A DNA stretch of 64,000 nucleotides, from positions 93,994,001 through 94,058,000 of the forward strand of contig NC_087472.1 of assembly GCF_036321535.1 (NCBI RefSeq), in the 5' to 3' direction. This document shows, in pieces, positions 26,919 through 41,557 of this stretch. Below the pieces are notes generated by a model. That model was given only the letters and a program-made list of their open reading frames with translations. It was not told the DNA's origin and searched no databases. The position numbers and the translations under genes were made by a program. Position 1 is the stretch's first letter. Each line of letters starts with the position of its first letter. The DNA is from Camelus dromedarius. Its lineage: Eukaryota.

Positions 26919-27360
26919 TGTGGTAGATTACATTAATGTCCCAATCCTTCACCTCTGCCTGTATCCACGGCACTTTGCCCTGTTATTTGTAGCCTCCTCG
27001 CTCTTAGCTTGCTTTGGCCTCAGTGATAGTAGCATGTGTGACGTAAAGAGACTTGAAATGAGCTTGCGCATTAGGTTATGCGCTCTTTTGTGCCTCTGTT
27101 ATTACCTCAAAAACATTCCTGACTTAGTCTACTGGAGGATGAGAGACATTTGGGCACAACCAAGTCACCTGATTCACCCCAGCTAATGTCAGCCTAGATC
27201 AGTCGACCACCAGATCACCATGAACATGTGAGCAAGGCCAGTCAAGATAGGTAGAGAGACTTAGCTGACTTCCAGCAGAGGGTCTGCACAATGAGCGCTT
27301 ACTGTTGTATCCACTGAGGTTTTGTAGTTGTTTGTTATGCAGGAAAGGATAACTGGTACA
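26919..27360 (+). mobile_element. MLT1 (MaLR) solo LTR
   Basis: Starts TGTGGTAG; ends ccactgaggttttgtagttgtttgttatgcag...gataactggtaca, the typical MLT1 3' end. Confidence 0.75.
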
Positions 27361-27559
27361 TTACGTACCTTTCTGTGTTCACAGTTTAATCAAGGTAGTT
27401 TCTGAAGAAACATGGAGAAGTTACTCTCCTGTAAGTGGCAAACTTGAAATCAATTTCTTTAAATAATTGAACAAAGTGATAAAAAAAAAATTCTGACTCT
27501 GTCAATAAACCATAAAAAATAGAAATTGAAAGAGTATTTAATAATATAGACTCTCTCTT

Positions 27560-28000
27560 TGACCATATTCAACATCCCTTTTCCCCTACTTTGGCTCTAG
27601 AGCAGAAGCCAGGTGGCAGAGTCAATGTTACCTATAAAATAGTTCCTCTTCCTGGATCCAGGTGACTTCATTTCCCAGCCTCCTTTGCAGTTTGGTCCAA
27701 GTTGTATACTTGAGTTTTACCTATAAAGATACGAGAGAAGTGATGTGATTTTTTTTTTTTTTTATGATTCAAGGCAATTAAGGGTGGGTATGAGTTCTCC
27801 ATGTTCCTTATCTCTCCCTCACGTACAGCTGAAAGTGGATAAATTTTAGTAGTAGGGTTTTTACAAAAAGAAATCCAGACCCACAATGCACTTTTGAGGA
27901 AGAGTCTCCAGGCAGAAACAATGGATCTAAATTGGACTGTGACATGAGCAAGAACTAAACTTTGATCTCTTTTTGTGTTATGGTGACTAACATTAATTAT
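27560..28000 (+). mobile_element. Old ERVL LTR (LTR33/LTR16-like)
   Basis: Contains ttcatttcccagcctcctttgcag, recalled as typical of this group. Confidence 0.45.
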
Positions 28001-28071
28001 CCTAAATAGCACAAGGTTACACTCTCAAAATCCTTTAAATATTCTGTAGGTGAATATTCTAGGTGTAAAAC

Positions 28072-28546
28072 TGTATTCATTATTTATTGGCCGTATTTAC
28101 ACCAAATCTTAGTAACTTGAAACAACAATATCAATTACTTCATAGTTCCTTTGACTCAAGAATTCAGGAGTGGCCTAAGTAGGTGATTTTGTCTTAGAAT
28201 CTCTTGTGAGGTTGCATTCATGAAGTTGGGTGGGGCTGCAGTCATTTGAAGCTGGAAGATCCACTTCCAAACTCACTCACATGGTTGCTGGCAGACTCCA
28301 CTTCCTAGCCATGTGTGTCATTCTATAGGCTTCTAGGAGAGTCTTCACGACAAAGCAGTTAGCTTCCCCCATAGCAGATGATTCAGGAGAGAGAGGGACA
28401 CAGTCTTTTATAATCAAATCTCAGAATTGGTATACCATTACTTCTGCTGTATCCTATTGGTCACACAAGGCAACTCTGGTACAATGTGGACATAAATGCC
28501 AGGAGAAGGGGCTTCCTGGAGAACCTTGGAGAGTCTCGCTACCACA
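28072..28546 (-). mobile_element. MLT1 (MaLR) solo LTR
   Basis: TGTA...ACCACA termini; antisense MLT1 text (ggaagatccacttccaaactcactcacatggttg; cttctgctgtatcctattggtcacac). Confidence 0.8.
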
Positions 28547-31259
28547 AATACAATAGGGAATGGAGAGGCCTAAGATAAAGTAGAGAGTGCATAGTAGGGC
28601 ATCTGTCTATACTTTCTATCTGTAGTTTTTGGAACAATGTGTGGGTCACAAAAAGCAAGTCTGCTGGTCTCATTACAACTGGAAGGGAATACTCTTTTTA
28701 AAAAATTGTATCAAGGGAAAAGGTGGATAACAAGATGTCTCAGTGAAAGAGAAATGGTATGCTATATCAAGAGAGAAAAGAGAAAATGCCCTTTCTGTGT
28801 ATCTTTGGTTTAAAATGGTAAGGTCTTCTTTTATTTCAGTTAGTGTTAAGGGGCAGGTGGTTTAATTGTCTGTTTCAAGCTGGCATACTTAGTAGCTATC
28901 ATTATACGCGCATTAAGATAATGTAAAAATGTAATTTGCATAAAATGTCATCATAATAATCTTTAAGTCATTTTGCCCACTGTAAAGAGGACCCCAAAGA
29001 AAACCATATGGCTAAAATTTTAATTTTTACTACTTGTTTAAAAAAGTTGACCATAAGAATTGTGGTCATACTTTGATTGTCATGAGTGTAGGTCTTTTTT
29101 TTTTTTTTTGCCATATATTCAATATTGGCAAAAAAAAAAAAAAAAAAGTAGGAGTTGGAAGAACCTAACTATAAAAATAATTCCCATGTAGGTGGCTCAC
29201 CAATTGAGAAAAAAAAGATGTGGGTTGAATACTAAGGAATATAAAAGGAAAACTATACATTACAATTTCTGGAACTTGGAGGAAATAGAGGTGCATTTCT
29301 AACCTAGATTAAGTAAATGGTGTCAAGTAATGGCGCCTGTAATTGATAGAGGCAGAAGGAAGAATTCAGAATCTGAGGAGAGAAAGGCAAGAAAACTGGG
29401 TAATAGATTTTGTTCTATTTTAAACATCACTTTTTTTTTTCAGCTTACAGACACATCCCACATCCTTGTTGTTATGAATGTATGGTGTACTTGTGTGTAT
29501 GATCTTTAATGACACAGTTAACACCAAAACAGATATATGCTTATCTTTCTGTTGTGACAGAGTTTATTTTCATGTTTTGTAGAGCAATTACCACACCTCT
29601 TTATTAGGAAAACTCACATGGCAGATGAAGAAAATGAATTATAGCTCATACTGATATTCCCCAGAAGGAGTTCTATTAAAGTAGAGATGACCATTAAAGG
29701 TGTCCAGAGTAGATAAAAATACTGGATAATTAAAAAAGTAGCATCATGGTTTTTATTTGATATTATAAATAACTATTTTACATTTCTATAGTGGTACCTT
29801 GTCTGTTGATAATGGCAGGAGAGCTAGTCAATAAAACAGAAATTTTAAGATATCTAACAGGTTTAGGTGCAAATCAGAACAGATTGGCTTGGAAATCAAT
29901 ATGTAGTATTGATTTCATGCTTTTTAAGCATATAATATTGACTTAACTTTCAGTTCTTTATAACAATGTCTGGGTCACCATTAGTATATGTAGTCAGAAT
30001 AGTGATCTTGGATTTGACCTAGACCTGGGGCTCCTAATTTTGGTGGTGCAAAGTCTGGTGAACTGAGACTCAAATCATCAGTTGGAAAATAAAGGTAATG
30101 ATGCTTGCCTCAAAGGACATCTGTGAAGATTAAATGAGCAAAAATTTGCAAATAATTTGAAACTTGAAAAGCACTATGCAGATGTTGGTTAACACTCATC
30201 TCCATCCTATACTGGAAAATAGTTTTGCTCCCTTTCTGCTTTATCTTCCTTCCTTTTTACCATATTGTACCACTGGCCCTGCTCCTGCTGTCTTGGTACT
30301 GGTCTCTAAGATGTTCCTGCACTTACAGCTTACTTATAGTCTGCTGTTTCTGCTAGGCTGGGCACTAAAAATCAAAACTGAACAAAACAAAAGCTACTTG
30401 AGCAGTGCATTGAAATTTTTGCATAAGTAAATAAGACTGTAATTTAAAGACTCTGGTATAAAACAGGAGGCGATGGTGGTGCAGTAAAGTGGTAGCCTTG
30501 CTTGGAATCATCTGGATCATCTACCATTTATTTACCTCCTGGTTCCTGGTTGAGTTCCAGAAATATAAAATCTAAGAAGTGTGAAACAAGAAGAAGTGAA
30601 ATGTTATAGTATTGTGGCTCTGTGGGTATGATGTACGAATGTATAAATATACTTAGAGGTATATAAAATAACACAGCTCTTCCCTGGATAGTATATCCAC
30701 GTGGAGTTTGCTTACTATTTCTCAGATCTAATGCCTTATCTCATGTCATTCTCATATCTGAATGGCCTCAAGAAAAATCAAACACAATTTTATTTCTAAA
30801 ATAATTCCCATGCACTACCACACTAAAGGTATAATATAATATTAGTGTCATTACTAATAGACTGAAATGTATAAAAAGTTTAATAAATATTCAGTTAGGT
30901 AAATAGTGTAATATAGATATTTCTGAAAACCCCTTTCACTGTCTCCTTTAACTCCTGTACATACCAGTATTGGAGAATGTAATATACTGTCCCATACAGG
31001 CTGATTTTCTATCAGGCTGATAGTCTATAAGTGCCTTTAGAGCACAAATCATATCCTGTTTTCCTTGCATTCCAAATAGCCAGCATAAGATTGTTATTTA
31101 GTAGTTCTCAATAAGTATTTTTGTATGGATGAATAAATTATGAGAGCAAAAAGGAGGGATGACTAATGAAGCCAAAGATAGAGAAAACAATCACATATAG
31201 TATTAACATTTAATCTCTCTCATTTTGACTTTCTGGTTTTTGATTTGATTTTCTATTGT

Positions 31260-31680
31260 TTTCAAATGCATTTAGCAAAAATTAACATATTATTGATGCC
31301 GCCTATTGTAAGTGTTCAATGATTTTTAGCAATTCTGCACAGTTGTGATTCTGTCACTGCAATCCAGTTTTTCCGAATACTTTCATTACACCAGGAAGTT
31401 TCCGTTTTCCCATTTGCAGCCAATCCCCACTCCCACTCCCAGACTCAGGCAACTAACTACTCGTCTGCTTTCTGAATCTGTAGTGTTAGAAGTTTCTTCC
31501 CTTAAAAATTGTGTACAAATTGAAAAATACAAGCTATGGTCCTTAGTCACTGACTTCTATCACTTAGTGTAATGTTTTCAAGCTTCATCCATGTCGTAGC
31601 ATGTTTCAGGACTTCTTTCTTTGCACAGTGTGTTCCATTGTATGGATTTACCACATTTTGTTCATTCATTCATCTTGGTT
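31260..31680 (-). mobile_element. L1MB-like 3' fragment
   Basis: Antisense L1 3'UTR text (cacttagtgtaatgttttcaagcttcatccatgtcgtagcatg). Confidence 0.75.
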
Positions 31681-32019
31681 TTGCCAACCTACCCTTTTTT
31701 TGTAAGTAATCTTTCTTTGAGCTCTTGTAGCTTTAGAAGTAATCCCTGAACCTGGCTGCCCTCTAGCCCCTGGAAAGAACCTTTTTATAAGCTTCCCAGA
31801 AGTCTTTCTGGTTTTCACACTTGGCTTTTAATTGTCAACTAATAACTATATGCCTTTTTAAAAAACTTTCCTCCACATGTCAATTATGTTTAACATTATC
31901 TCCCTATTTCCACTGTCTTTATAGAAACTATTTCCTTCATTTTTCTCAAGTGCCTGATTTCCTTTCATTAGGATACCACCCCATTTAACCACAGTAAACA
32001 TTTTTTAAATTTTACTATT

Positions 32020-32570
32020 ACCTGTTCCAGGGAAAATGTGTGCTCTACCTACCATTTGTGATGGAGTATTCATTGCCAGCTGAACAGTTGAAGATCCTAC
32101 CTTAGTATCCACTCTCTCTGACCACTTCTGTGTGGCCCAGCTATCAGAGATGGGGCTCTCCAAGAAGCAGACTCTAAGATGAAGATTAGTGTGCAAAAAT
32201 TTAATTAGGGAGTGCTCTTGGCATCAACAGAACAAAGGGGAGGAAGCAGGATGTGTCAAAATGGGAGGTTGGGCTGTGATGCAGTGTCAATGAAGGCTTC
32301 ATACAACCGAATGGAGAGCTCTGAAACTGGGAAGAATGGCCCTGTCAAGTTGTCTGGAGTTCGGGCAAGGGAAGCAGGCCTTTATACCCTTGTATTGATC
32401 AGTGAGAGTGGCTTTGCACAGGATAACTCCATCAATGGAGACAATTCTTGAAGAGGGCTCCTCTTTAAGAATAAGAGGTTAAGGCTGTCTATCAGCACCA
32501 CTCCCTGCAGCTGGGAGAATAAATCCTTCTGTCCTGAAGAAGAGTCTAGACAGTATATCCTAACAACCAC
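32020..32570 (-). mobile_element. LTR16-like ERVL LTR with adjacent internal fragment
   Basis: aagcagactctaagatgaagattagtgtgcaaaaatttaattagggagtgctcttgg, recalled as the antisense LTR16 end. Confidence 0.65.
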
Positions 32571-35334
32571 TTCATAAAACCAAAAGAGTTTTCTCACTGA
32601 TGACATGAGGGGCATACAGTAAATTAAGGCATCAAGGATGAATCCAGGGTTTTGGGTCTGAGTGACTGGAAGGATGGAGCTGCTGTTAATTGAGATGGCA
32701 AAGGCTATAAGTGAAGTTTTTTGAGGGGGATTTCATGAATTTAGCTTGGGCCATATTGTGTGTGAGATGTTGATTAAGCATCCAAGTAGATACGTCAAGT
32801 TGACAGTTGGATATATTCATCTGTCAAAGACTCAAGGTGATTTTATTAATAACTACCAGTATTTTTCAAGTGCACTTTCCCATTCTTGTGTTATTATTTT
32901 GTTTTTGTTTTCTGGTGACCTTTGAAAATATTTTCAATCAGTTTCCTTAACATAAGTACCTGGTTGTTCTATTTACTGAAATCTAAGAATAACTTTTTTT
33001 TATATTTCCATACTTGAATGGCAACTTGAGAATGTATCAATTCTGACTATTTCTAGACTGTTTCTCTTCACTTCAGCTGTAGTATATTTTCATAGAACCC
33101 ATGCTTTAGCTAATGTTTGTTGACTCATCCTTGAATATAGTTAACAGCAAAAATCTGTCTACATCCAGTGTTTTAAGACATTCAAAATGCATTGATTGAA
33201 TTTGACTCTTTCTCAATAACTGAGGCCAGTAAGAACTTATTTATGAAGATGAGGCATCTACTAAAATTTTAAAAACTTCATTAGTATTCTTGGTTAATAT
33301 TTTTGTCCCAATTATGCAGATTTATTTTGGATTGATAATGTCAAATCAGCTGTTAACATATGTTTGCCTTATCTTTGTTGTTATAGGAAGTCATATTAAA
33401 TACTTCTGGTTTTAGAATATGCTCTTCTCATATTTTTTGGTTTCAAATACTCCTTTTGTTGGGCAGTTAGGAATAAGATTAGTAAAGCTTTCAGTCACTC
33501 AAATATCTTAATATCCACCTAGAATTTTTACTTTGTGTACTAAAGATGAATAGATGTTTATCACATAGATAGTGGTAAGGAATGCAAGTAACAAAGAAGA
33601 GTAAATCCCAAATAATAATATCACATGTTACGTACAAGAAAATGGGTAATCAGAGTGAGTATATGGACAGAAACAGTGACCTATTTTCATACCTAATTCC
33701 ACACATATATATGAAATATATTATTGAAATATATATCTGACTTATGGTTTACAGAAATTCTTCACTCTTACCCTGTAACACTAACCAGGTAATGAGGAGT
33801 CTTATATGCCAACCATGCTTTCATGCATTTTCTACTGTTAAATTTAGCATCAATAATAAAATCCCACAGCTTGGTAGGCAGATCTAGGACTTTGAAAGAT
33901 TACAGGCAATAATTGTGGTGAATCTTTTCCTACTGGTTAAATCCTGTGGACCTCTCTTAGAAATGTGCATTCAGTGACAGTTCAGTTACAAGACCATGAA
34001 TTAAATAAGGAAGAGAAGCTAAGTCTTTTAAAAGGTGTTAACTTTTTCAAAGTCAATCATAGTGACTAAATTGGAGTAGAACCCTGATGCCTTGTGCGTC
34101 AGCTCAGAGCTGTTTCGAGTATACCTCATGACCACAAAATCCACGGCTTCCATTTGGCATTTATTTTCTGTTGTGGATATTGATTTCCTAGGGAAAAAAA
34201 TGAAATGTGCTGTTGTGGTCTTGTGTGTTTTATTGACCAAATGAATTCTAATTGATTAAGAAGCTTTATGTACTATCCTTTAGTTTGTATATTACTGCAA
34301 ATTTATTTCAATAAAGCATCTTCAGTGATGGCTGATTGCAACTACATATATTAATAAACAGTACTACTAATGTACAAACAGTTATTACAGATTTATCTGT
34401 TTTACTGGCCTGCCTTAGCCCAAATAAAACCTTCAGTGTATTTTATAGTACTTTGTGAGGAGCTTTATAATTAAGCTTATGTTTAAATGGGAAGAGGCAT
34501 GACAACAGAATGCTGTTCCTTGAATCCTTTGACTTTTACTGACTGCATTGAAAATTACAGAAGCCAAAGAAAGCTACCAGATAGATATATCACTAAGTTA
34601 TAAATGATACCTTTTGTTAGGTACTTGTCTAAAAATGTGATGTCTTGGTTAAGGTAAAAAAAATTTTTTTCATCCCACCCAAGATATTGAAGACTCAAAA
34701 GCTATTACGTTTCTCTTCAATATTTCTTATCCTTGCATTCATTTAATATTAGCCTAGTTAACTTTTCCTATGTATTGATTATTATGAGCAACCTGGGGAT
34801 AATTCAGTTTACTTAGATACACTAAATTTACCATTCTTGGTTACAAACAAAATTAATGTAGTGTAAATGTATTGTGGGGAGGGAGAATATACTAGCCTAA
34901 ATGGAGTCAGTAAATGGAGACTAAGATGAATTCTTCTGATTTTCCTAGTCTCCACTGACAGTATCCACTGTGATAGTAGAAAAACTTCATGGAAAAGTGA
35001 TTTTGTTACCCTGCGCAACCTTGACTGTTGCCTCTTGTTTTATCTCCCCCTAGACTGTATTAAATGAAGGAATAGGGCTAGGATATGGAAAATACCCAGC
35101 AGCAAATAAAGTGTGTATTGGTTTTAAATATTTCAAACTAGAGCCTGACTTTGACAATCATGATGAATTGCCTTGCTGTCATAAACTATATATCACACTT
35201 CAAACTGTAAAACAAAACAGGACACACAAAAAATAAACCATTTAACTCAATGATTCTGCATTGCCATGGCTCCTATTGAATTGTGTGATTCAGTTCTATC
35301 TATTTCATTTCACAATACCATTGAACAACAGAAT

Positions 35335-36190
35335 ATAATCAATATTTTAAGAACATTTCAGCCAACAGCAAAATATACATTTTTTCCAAGGAAAATATAT
35401 TTTTCCCCACAGGAACATATACCAGTTCAAGCCATATCCCAAGCCATAAGACTAACCTCAAAAAATGTAAAGGAATTAAAATCTTTGAAGTATGTTATTT
35501 GACCATAATGAAACCAAATTAGAAATCAATAATAGAAAGAAACAGGAAAATCTCCAAACACTTACAAATTAAATAACACACTTCTAAATGTTTTATGGGT
35601 CAAAGAGGAAAGCTCAAGAGAAGTAAAAAAAAAAAAAAGCATCCAACTGAATGAAAATGAAAATGCAAGACATCAAAATTTGTGGAGCACAACTAAAGTT
35701 GTAGTGAGAGTGAAGTTTATAGCACTGAATGTTTACATTACATAAAAGGACAAGTCTTAAATCAATAATCCAAGCACCCATTTCAAAAAGCGAGAAAAGA
35801 ACAAAATAAATCCAAAATAAGCAGAAAGGAAATGATAATAAAGATAAGACCAGAAATCAGCTAAATGGAAACACAAAACAATAGAGAAAAGCAATAAAAC
35901 CAACTGCTGGTTCATTGAAAAGATCGATAAAGTTTATAACCATAAGACGGAGAGGGAAAAAAAATTACTAATATCAAGAATGAAACAGTAGATATCATTA
36001 CTGATGGGTAAGGGGATACTATGTACAAGTGACAAAATCTGTGCAGGATCTGTATGCAGGAAACTACAAAATCCTAATGAAATAAATCAGAGAGGGTCTG
36101 AGTAAATGGAGAGACATGCCATGTTCATGACTTGGAAGACTGACCGCAGTAAAGATGTCACTTCTCCCCAGATTGATCTATAGGCTTAAC
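35335..36190 (+). mobile_element. Old L1 ORF2 fragments
   Basis: Sense L1 endonuclease-linker and RT-downstream text (ccaacagcaaaatatacatt; caaaatttgtgg; aaatggagagacatgccatgttcatg); frames disrupted. Confidence 0.85.
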
Positions 36191-39100
36191 AAAGTTGAGT
36201 CTGTCATTATTTAAAAGGCAAAACACCCATAGACAGTAAGTTTATCAGTGCTCTCCATACCATATCTAATGAATCTTTTATAGTTTTTTAAAAGAATTAA
36301 CTTCCCGTGTGGAGATTATTAAATTATCTGCTTCAGCCATAGTGAACAAATGTAGTTTCTCAAATGCACTGTTTTGTTTCCTCTGAATTTCTTCTTTAAT
36401 TTCATCCATCAAAATTTAGTGCATGCTAATATTCCTCTGATAGGGTTTCCTGAACCTCATTCTCATTTAAACACTCGTCATAGGTGTTCCCATAGCATGT
36501 TTGACTTACCTACTATTAAATTTATCTCATTATATTGACTTATTGGACTCTCTTGGTACAACCATCTTTGGCTATTTTTTCTGATTTCTGATTCAGGTTT
36601 CATTCATTCCTTCATCCAATAGATGTCTTCTCTTTGCAGCACTGTGCTATGCAGTGAGTGTACATTGATTTGTAACACACTTAAGTTCCTCACTCTTCTT
36701 GTAATCCTCATATTAGTTTGAGGGTAATAAGGAATTCATTTTCAGTTTTGGTCTTATTTCCTTAAAAATATAGCAAATTCTTCTCTTATTTTTTTTTGTT
36801 TGTTTCACATGATTAAGGCCAATGGAATGTGAAGGTAACTGGCAAATATATGTAACTCAGTTCTTTATTCAATTAATATACATTGAATAAGCTGCTATGT
36901 ACCATGCTTTTTGAAACGCATTGAAAAACATTTATCTGGTTTGTGTTCTCATGGAGCTTAACATATGCTGTCAACCAGATTTTCAGGATTTTTTTTCGTC
37001 TTTGATAGACACAAACAATAGACACTATATGAAGACTGCCTTAAATGTATTTTTACATCTGAACAAACATAGTTTTAATAGTATAGCTGCCCCCCAAAGC
37101 CATACTTTGCCTCAGATCACTTCATTTGTGCAAGAAATTTGAATTAAAAATACACTTACTTTATTTTATATTATTTTTGTCATTGTGAATATTAAAAGTA
37201 TGAGCTTATGTTTATCATAGAATAAGATTTTGAACCTCATATATTTTGTAATTCTATAATGTAATTTTTAAACTTTTGATATTTTAAGATTCTTGAGAGT
37301 ATTTTAATCAAATGAAAACAGAAACGATTAGAAAATTAAATGGTTTTACCTATAGCTAAAATTTATTCTCTAATTGGAAGATTCATCAAAATATGCTGAT
37401 TTCTTAGTATTACGTACCATTTCAACTATGCAAGGCTATTTGCATTGAATGAGGGAGAGCAGAATCATCTTCAAATCAATCTCTTAAATTTACTGAATAG
37501 AATTACTTATAAGAGACAAAATACCGTAATAGTATCCAGTGAGTATTTTGTATTATAGGATGTTAGAAATGCATTTCTTTTTTTTTCCTCCTGGTCTATT
37601 GGTAGTATACATTTTTGCAGTAACTATATTGGCTTTGTTTTACATTTTATCTACCTATAGTTTACTTAGAACTAAATGTTCTAAAGTATGTTTTGTACCT
37701 ACTGGGATGTAACATTAAATTCCTCTTTAAGTCTCCAGTTCTCCATCTCACTAACTCTATTCATGATTGGCAAATATCTATTTTGGACATTTCTGTCCAA
37801 GGACAGATTTCCCAGTTATTGTTTTTAGCTATAGTTGGACATACTCAGCAATATTTTAAAGGCAGATAATGACTACAGTATTGGTGATATTAAGTAATGG
37901 AAATTAACTTAAATACATTTTTGTAAAATAAATGAGATTGTGATTTGTTATAATTTGTATTCTTTCTAATATTTGGATTTCTAATGCAATAATAAGATTA
38001 GAGAACAGAAAAGTAAATCTGAAACATCCATAAAGTCCAGACCTTCCATAGTCTAAGTTACTTCTGCAAATGCACAATCAAATCCTTGAATCTTTTGTGT
38101 TAACTTTAGTGCCTTATATATCTATCACTGAGAAATTTTATTTCTAAGGTGAATATAGGAAATCTTAAGTAAAAAAGCTCTGACATTTCTATGGGTTTAT
38201 TAAAAACTATTAACAGCATTTTTGTGTACTTTCCCGAAACATCTAAAAAATCCATTGGCCTCCATTCATTTAGAAGACCTTGCTTCAAATTTAATAACCT
38301 CTGAAACTTCAGATTGTGAAGTTTAAAAATAAGTGGCTCTTGTTAGATAGTTAATTTTCCATCAATATCACAGTACATAGCTCTCATCCCTTTAGAAAAG
38401 TTACCAAACAATTTAATTGCAATTTTCTAGACCTGAATAATCTGAAATAATTTGTGTTGTGGCAGTATGATTACATATATAGAGTAGATCCTAGGATAAT
38501 GTGTCATATTTATTTTATTCTCAATGCTAAGTAATATAAATACTTTAAATGGAATGCTCAGTTAATCTTTTTCTAGTAAACTGTCATAGTAAGCCCTTCC
38601 CCAGTCTCTAAAAACAGTATACACATACATAGGTGGATATACACACACACATGGATATAAACATATATATTATATATACAGGATAAAAAGCATATGAAAT
38701 TATAAATTAGAAACTTTAAGCTTCTGTATCATGCCTGCTAAAGATCCTTAGCTCCTTTCCCAAAAGATATTAATGTTTTCTGTGTACACCATGGAGAAGT
38801 ACAATCACAGCAGCTTGTGGGACTCTCCCTAATTCTTTTTTTTTTTTAAGGTTTTATTTTGTTCCATTGAATGATACACACAAGCTTTTAATCATTTCTA
38901 AGTTGTTAAAAATACGGGTTGGTTTTTGCTCCCCAGCAGCCCCTCCCCCACACAAAAATTGCTAGGTCAACAAGTTTCTGGAGTTTAAATTTTCTTGGAC
39001 ATGGAAAAATTGGCCTCCAAAATTGTTGAACTTATTTAGATGTTCACAGATAGTTTTAAAATTAACTCTGTTTCCACCTCTGTGCCAAATCATAATTTCA

Positions 39101-39487
39101 CTTAACTTTCTAATTTTGCCTATCTTATTGTTGAAAAAAAAATGTTTTTTGCATTTCACTGAGTTAAGCATCCTTTTATATTTGTAGTTATTTCTTTTAA
39201 CTACCTGATCAAAAAACTTGCACATTTTTTTCCTATTTGTTATTTTACACATGTGCACATGCATGTGCTCATGCACACACACACACGCACACATTCATGC
39301 AGCTTACTTTTGAAATCACTTGGAATTTTAGAACAAGTTTAAATAATAGTGTTGTTATTCAGGGCTCTTCAGTTTTTCTAAATTTTTATGTAATTTTTCT
39401 TCTGTTTTCTTCCCATTAAGTATAATGCTTTGCTAGATTATATAGATATAGATAGATACAGACAATTATTTTTAAAACTCAAGACTG

Positions 39488-39786
39488 TAGGACTTATTTA
39501 TCTACTAGTTCCAAGTTTGTACCCTTAAACAACATAAATAAGTCCTGGGATCTAATGCAAAGCATAGTGATTGTAGTCAACGACACTATATTATAAACTT
39601 CAAAGTTGCTAAGAGACCAGGTCTTAATTATTACCACCACAAAAAAAGAAATGGTAATTATGTGATGTGATAGAGGTGTGAGCTAACTTGATGATGGTAA
39701 TTATGTTGCAGTACATAAATGTGTCAAATCAACAAGTTGTACACCTTAAACTTACACAATGTTATATGTCAATTATATTTCAGTTA
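39488..39786 (+). mobile_element. L1MA-like 3' end with 5' inversion
   Basis: Sense 3'UTR from 39534; inverted piece 39489-39526; TSD 39474-39487 / 39787-39800 (12 of 14 identical). Confidence 0.8.
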
Positions 39787-41557
39787 AAAAGTCAGGACTG
39801 AATATTATTTTATGTGTATTTTGAATACCACATGCTAATTCAAAATAAGACAATACCAATCTTATTAATACATTTTTCCTGATAGATTATGTAGTTAACT
39901 ACTCAAAAAGGTTATGTGACTTATTCATTAGGTATTCATGGTGGGTTAAAGTCGGTTTCTCATTCGTTGTTTCCTTAATTTTGTTCTTGCAGTCTGTTTC
40001 ATATTTTAGACATTTTGTTTTTTGGTATCTAAATAATCATCACAAAGTTTTATTATCAATGTGAAAAGTGCTCTTTATCATTATAACGTGCTCTTCTTTT
40101 TCTTCTCTAAGAAGTCTACCTTGTCTAGGATTAATATCATAGCAGAACTCAGTTCATAGTTTCACCTTTAAATTGTTTTAGATACATTTATTAGATGTGG
40201 TATATATTTGCCACTGTTATTTTATCTGCTCAGCCTTTTACCTCTCATATATAAACTTATCCCATTTCTACTTACTGATATACAAATATTTGGTCTTAGC
40301 TCTTTCATTTTATTTTATGTTACTTTATATTCAGTGCTTCCTTTGTTTTCCCTCATCTGCTGTGGGAATTGTATGAACATGGATTTCTTTGTTCTAGTGT
40401 TTAGCATCATAACTTTAGATGACATATGATGAATTCTGAAGGATGGAAAGAACCTCTCCTCTTCAGGTTGACAAGGGGTGAAAGACCTTCCATGAAGAGA
40501 GATGAATGTGTGTCCTTGCACAGGAGGCGAATGTTATTCTAGAGAGAATGAAAGTAGGGATAGCCTTAATGAAACACTAGCCCTTTCTCTGTTATTGTCC
40601 CTAAGAGGGAAAAAGAATTACTTAAAAGAAATACATGGTAATATGGTCCTTGTAGTTCAGGCATTTAAATTCTTCTTGATTTTAAATACCTTAAGATATC
40701 AAATGTCCCAGTTTTCCAACCCTTTAAAATAGTGTATTTAATTAGTTCAAAATCAAGAATATCTCTTCCAGTTTTGAAAAATCTGCCAAAGCTTTCCTTT
40801 TGGATGATTCCTGCTTTCACTTTGGGTTGGGGGTGTGGGATTGGAGCATTAATAATCATGGCACGATGTTTGTAAAGTTACTTGTCAGTGGCTTTCCAGA
40901 TAATTATAGTGAAATGATATAATGATATCTAATACATAGTATTTGCTATGTAATAAACACTGGCCCATATTCTTTATGTGTAGTAATTCATTTAACCCTC
41001 ATGAGTTAAATGTGGATTATACTGCATGCAACTATGAGTTGTATGTTAATACCACCATCAATTTACATCTGAAAAAACTGAGTAGCAGGAATGTATCCTG
41101 TCCATGGTTTCACGTGCCTTGAATGGTATAACCATGAGTTGAATTCATAATTCATGATACTTGGCTTCTGAACTCTTAACCGCTCTTAACCAGGACACTA
41201 CACATTCTCAGACAGGAGTTATCTTTTAAGACTATACATCTGGAAGAATAAGAAATTTCATTCTGATTCTCCCACTTGTTATATCCAAAGCCTGATTAAG
41301 ACAAATGAAAACAAACAGCAGAAGACTATGAAAGACAGAGAAAAGAAAGCGGAACCAGCAAGGGGCACTGGGATTCAAGGAAAGACTCAGAGTTGAGTCT
41401 TCTGGATTTTTTTTCCTCCTATATCCCCAACCTGAGTGCAAGAGAAGTTCTCAACCTAGAAATGCCAACAGGTGATTTAAAAAAACCAAAAACAAACCAA
41501 AGAACAATGGAAAAAATCAGATCAAGTCTGCTTTCTCTGGCCAGGAGACTGGGAAGG

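Noticed and set aside
26719..27186. 155-aa ORF
   Set aside because: It runs into an MLT1 LTR, has no recognisable domain and is likely a chance ORF.
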